Below are positions 48,055-49,930 of a stretch of DNA of 49,930 nt, one piece after another (positions within the stretch are counted from its first letter, which is position 1; each line of letters starts with the position of its first letter). The notes below the pieces were generated by a model. It was not told where the DNA came from. It did no database searches and worked only from the letters and a program-made list of their open reading frames with translations. The translations under genes were made by a program, and so were the position numbers. The stretch covers positions 1 to 49,930 of the forward strand of contig JAHBMJ010000392.1 in the NCBI GenBank assembly GCA_018398765.1, written 5' to 3'. Source of the stretch: Chromera velia. Taxonomy: Eukaryota.

Positions 48055-49930
48055 GTGCATTTTGACTTTCCGATTGGCAAGGAAGAGACCAAAAAGAGAG
48101 ACGGAAAAATTTGAGTAGAGGTGAGTCAAGATGGACAATAAAAAAAGTCAATAAAACAGTAGGCTGCATGTTCCTTCTTATATGCCAAAGTGAGTTGATT
48201 TGAGACCAATAATTATGCAGTGATACATGGAAGAGGCTTAAAAGGAGAATCAATGGAGACAGAGCAAGAAAACAGATCGAAGGAGAGAGAGAGTTGACAG
48301 CCAGAGCTGAGACTGTTTGAAAAGAGACGAAGCAGACCAAAGGATCTCATACTTAGATCTTCCAAAAGGAGTGCCACCTTGTTCGTTGTGTCTGTCCGTG
48401 TTTCTGTCTCTGCGGGTCGCTATTTTTTTACCTGCTGGACTGGTTTTTTTTTTCATTTGGGGCTGAGTTGCGTCGTTTCATGTTCGTTCTACACCGTGGG
48501 TCCTATGGAGGTCCTGATCTCATTCTTTTCGTCCTGACCTCATTTTTTTCTCGGACCGTGTTTTTTTCCGCGCATCGTGATGCGTACATCATTGGTTCTT
48601 CACACACTTGTATGTTTTCCTTTTTTAAATAAATTCTACCCTATGCATTGTTTGTATGCATCCCTGGCAGTACTTGTCTGGACTTGCTCTTTGTGCGTCT
48701 GCTTCCTGTGTGCAGGAGAGATTCTTCCATCTAATCCGAGGCCTCTTTTGGACAGGGGCGCCCGAGTGCGTCTCCAAAGAGAGCACCCAGTGCATCCACA
48801 AAAAAGAGATCGGAAAAAGGGTGGAAGAACAGTGGAAACGACGAAGGGCCTCAGGCTGGCCCCAATGAAGAAGTGCCGAATTAATCGATGGGAAAGTACG
48901 GATTTCAGGTTTCGGGTTCGGGTTAAGAGGCATATAGGGTGGCAATGGGGAGGTGGCAGGGGGTTCTGTGTAAGGTAAAGAAGGAAGATATGAACGGCTT
49001 TATCTGAAGATGATGGCAGTCTTCTTGAATCTGTATCTCTAAAACGCTGTTTGCTTGATTGATGCCTGCATCTCCATCCTTCCTTAAGGGACTGATGGTG
49101 TTGAGAGTGACAACCAGTAGTGAGCTGACTGGCTTTCCAACAACGTGACTGTGTGCAGCGGTGTGCAGTCTGTTGTAAGTTAAGCATGAAGCAGTCCGTC
49201 TGTTCGCATGCAAGGACAGGATGAGACAGTCCATATGGAAGGACTGAAACGGTTTAAAAGACAAGCCGCTTCTAAAACAGATATATCAATCAGCGCCTTG
49301 ATTGTTCTGTAAAGATCAAATAAACGAGCGCGCTTTGTTCTCTAAAGTCAAACGAACGGGCGCTTTTGGCCCGCAGTGAATGGTTACAAAAGTGACCTTG
49401 TGCATGTCTAAGTTCGCGTTCAGCCACTTTCATGTATGGAGCAAAAAGAGGGTGCAGCTCTTCCTCTTAAGTGCTTTTTGGTTTTCTTACAGCTCCCGAA
49501 GACATAATTTCAGGGATTTTTTTCGTTGGTGTCAACTTAAATATTTGAATTAAATTAACTCAAACAATTGAGCGCATTGGCAGCGGTATTGTATAATACA
49601 AACATACATATATATTTTAATAATTCATAAATGCATATAGTATAATGCAAACAGGGAGAAACAGACAGGGGCGAGAGATAGAAGACAGGAAGCTGAAGAG
49701 CATACATCCACCACCATAACCACTCATATGCCAAACCAGATTGGAAGAGAGGACAACCCGATATACAAGATAGGTAGACAGGCAGCCGCCCTTTCATCAT
49801 CTTCAGCTTCCTCCTCCATTCCATCCTCCCCCTCCTCTCCTTCCCCCTCTTCCCCCTCCCCCTCCCCCTCCCCCTCCTCCTCCTCCTCCTCCTCCTCCTC
49901 CTCCCTCCATGCCTCTTCCTCCTCGTCCTC

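Overview
Eukaryotic nuclear DNA: GT-AG introns, many microsatellites and frequent TGCATGCA motifs suggest a chromerid/apicomplexan-related alveolate (inference only). Three apparently intact genes: a 10-exon casein kinase 1 (minus, 38215-42478), a 3-exon ~400-aa protein of unknown function (plus, 25755-27375) and a large low-complexity protein with a possible BRCT-like N-terminus (minus, 5362-~8611). The centre of the window is a nest of mobile elements. A dispersed repeat (uninterrupted copy at 24594-24966) is split by a 12.3-kb LTR element (468-bp LTRs at 10264-10731 and 22118-22585). Inside it, in antisense, lies a decayed Penelope-like retroelement with the permuted Chlamys-type order (GIY-YIG endonuclease N-terminal to the RT). 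That ORF is split by a 3.5-kb TIR element, which contains a fold-back hairpin and a minisatellite. Also present: a long-TIR MITE, Helitron-like repeats, a decayed secreted Cys-rich/Kunitz gene, and a decayed Ser/Thr kinase exon followed by a Upf1/DNA2-like helicase (possible fusion). Repeats and pseudogenes show a strong C->T/G->A bias. All alignments, counts and translations were done by eye; no database searches were run.
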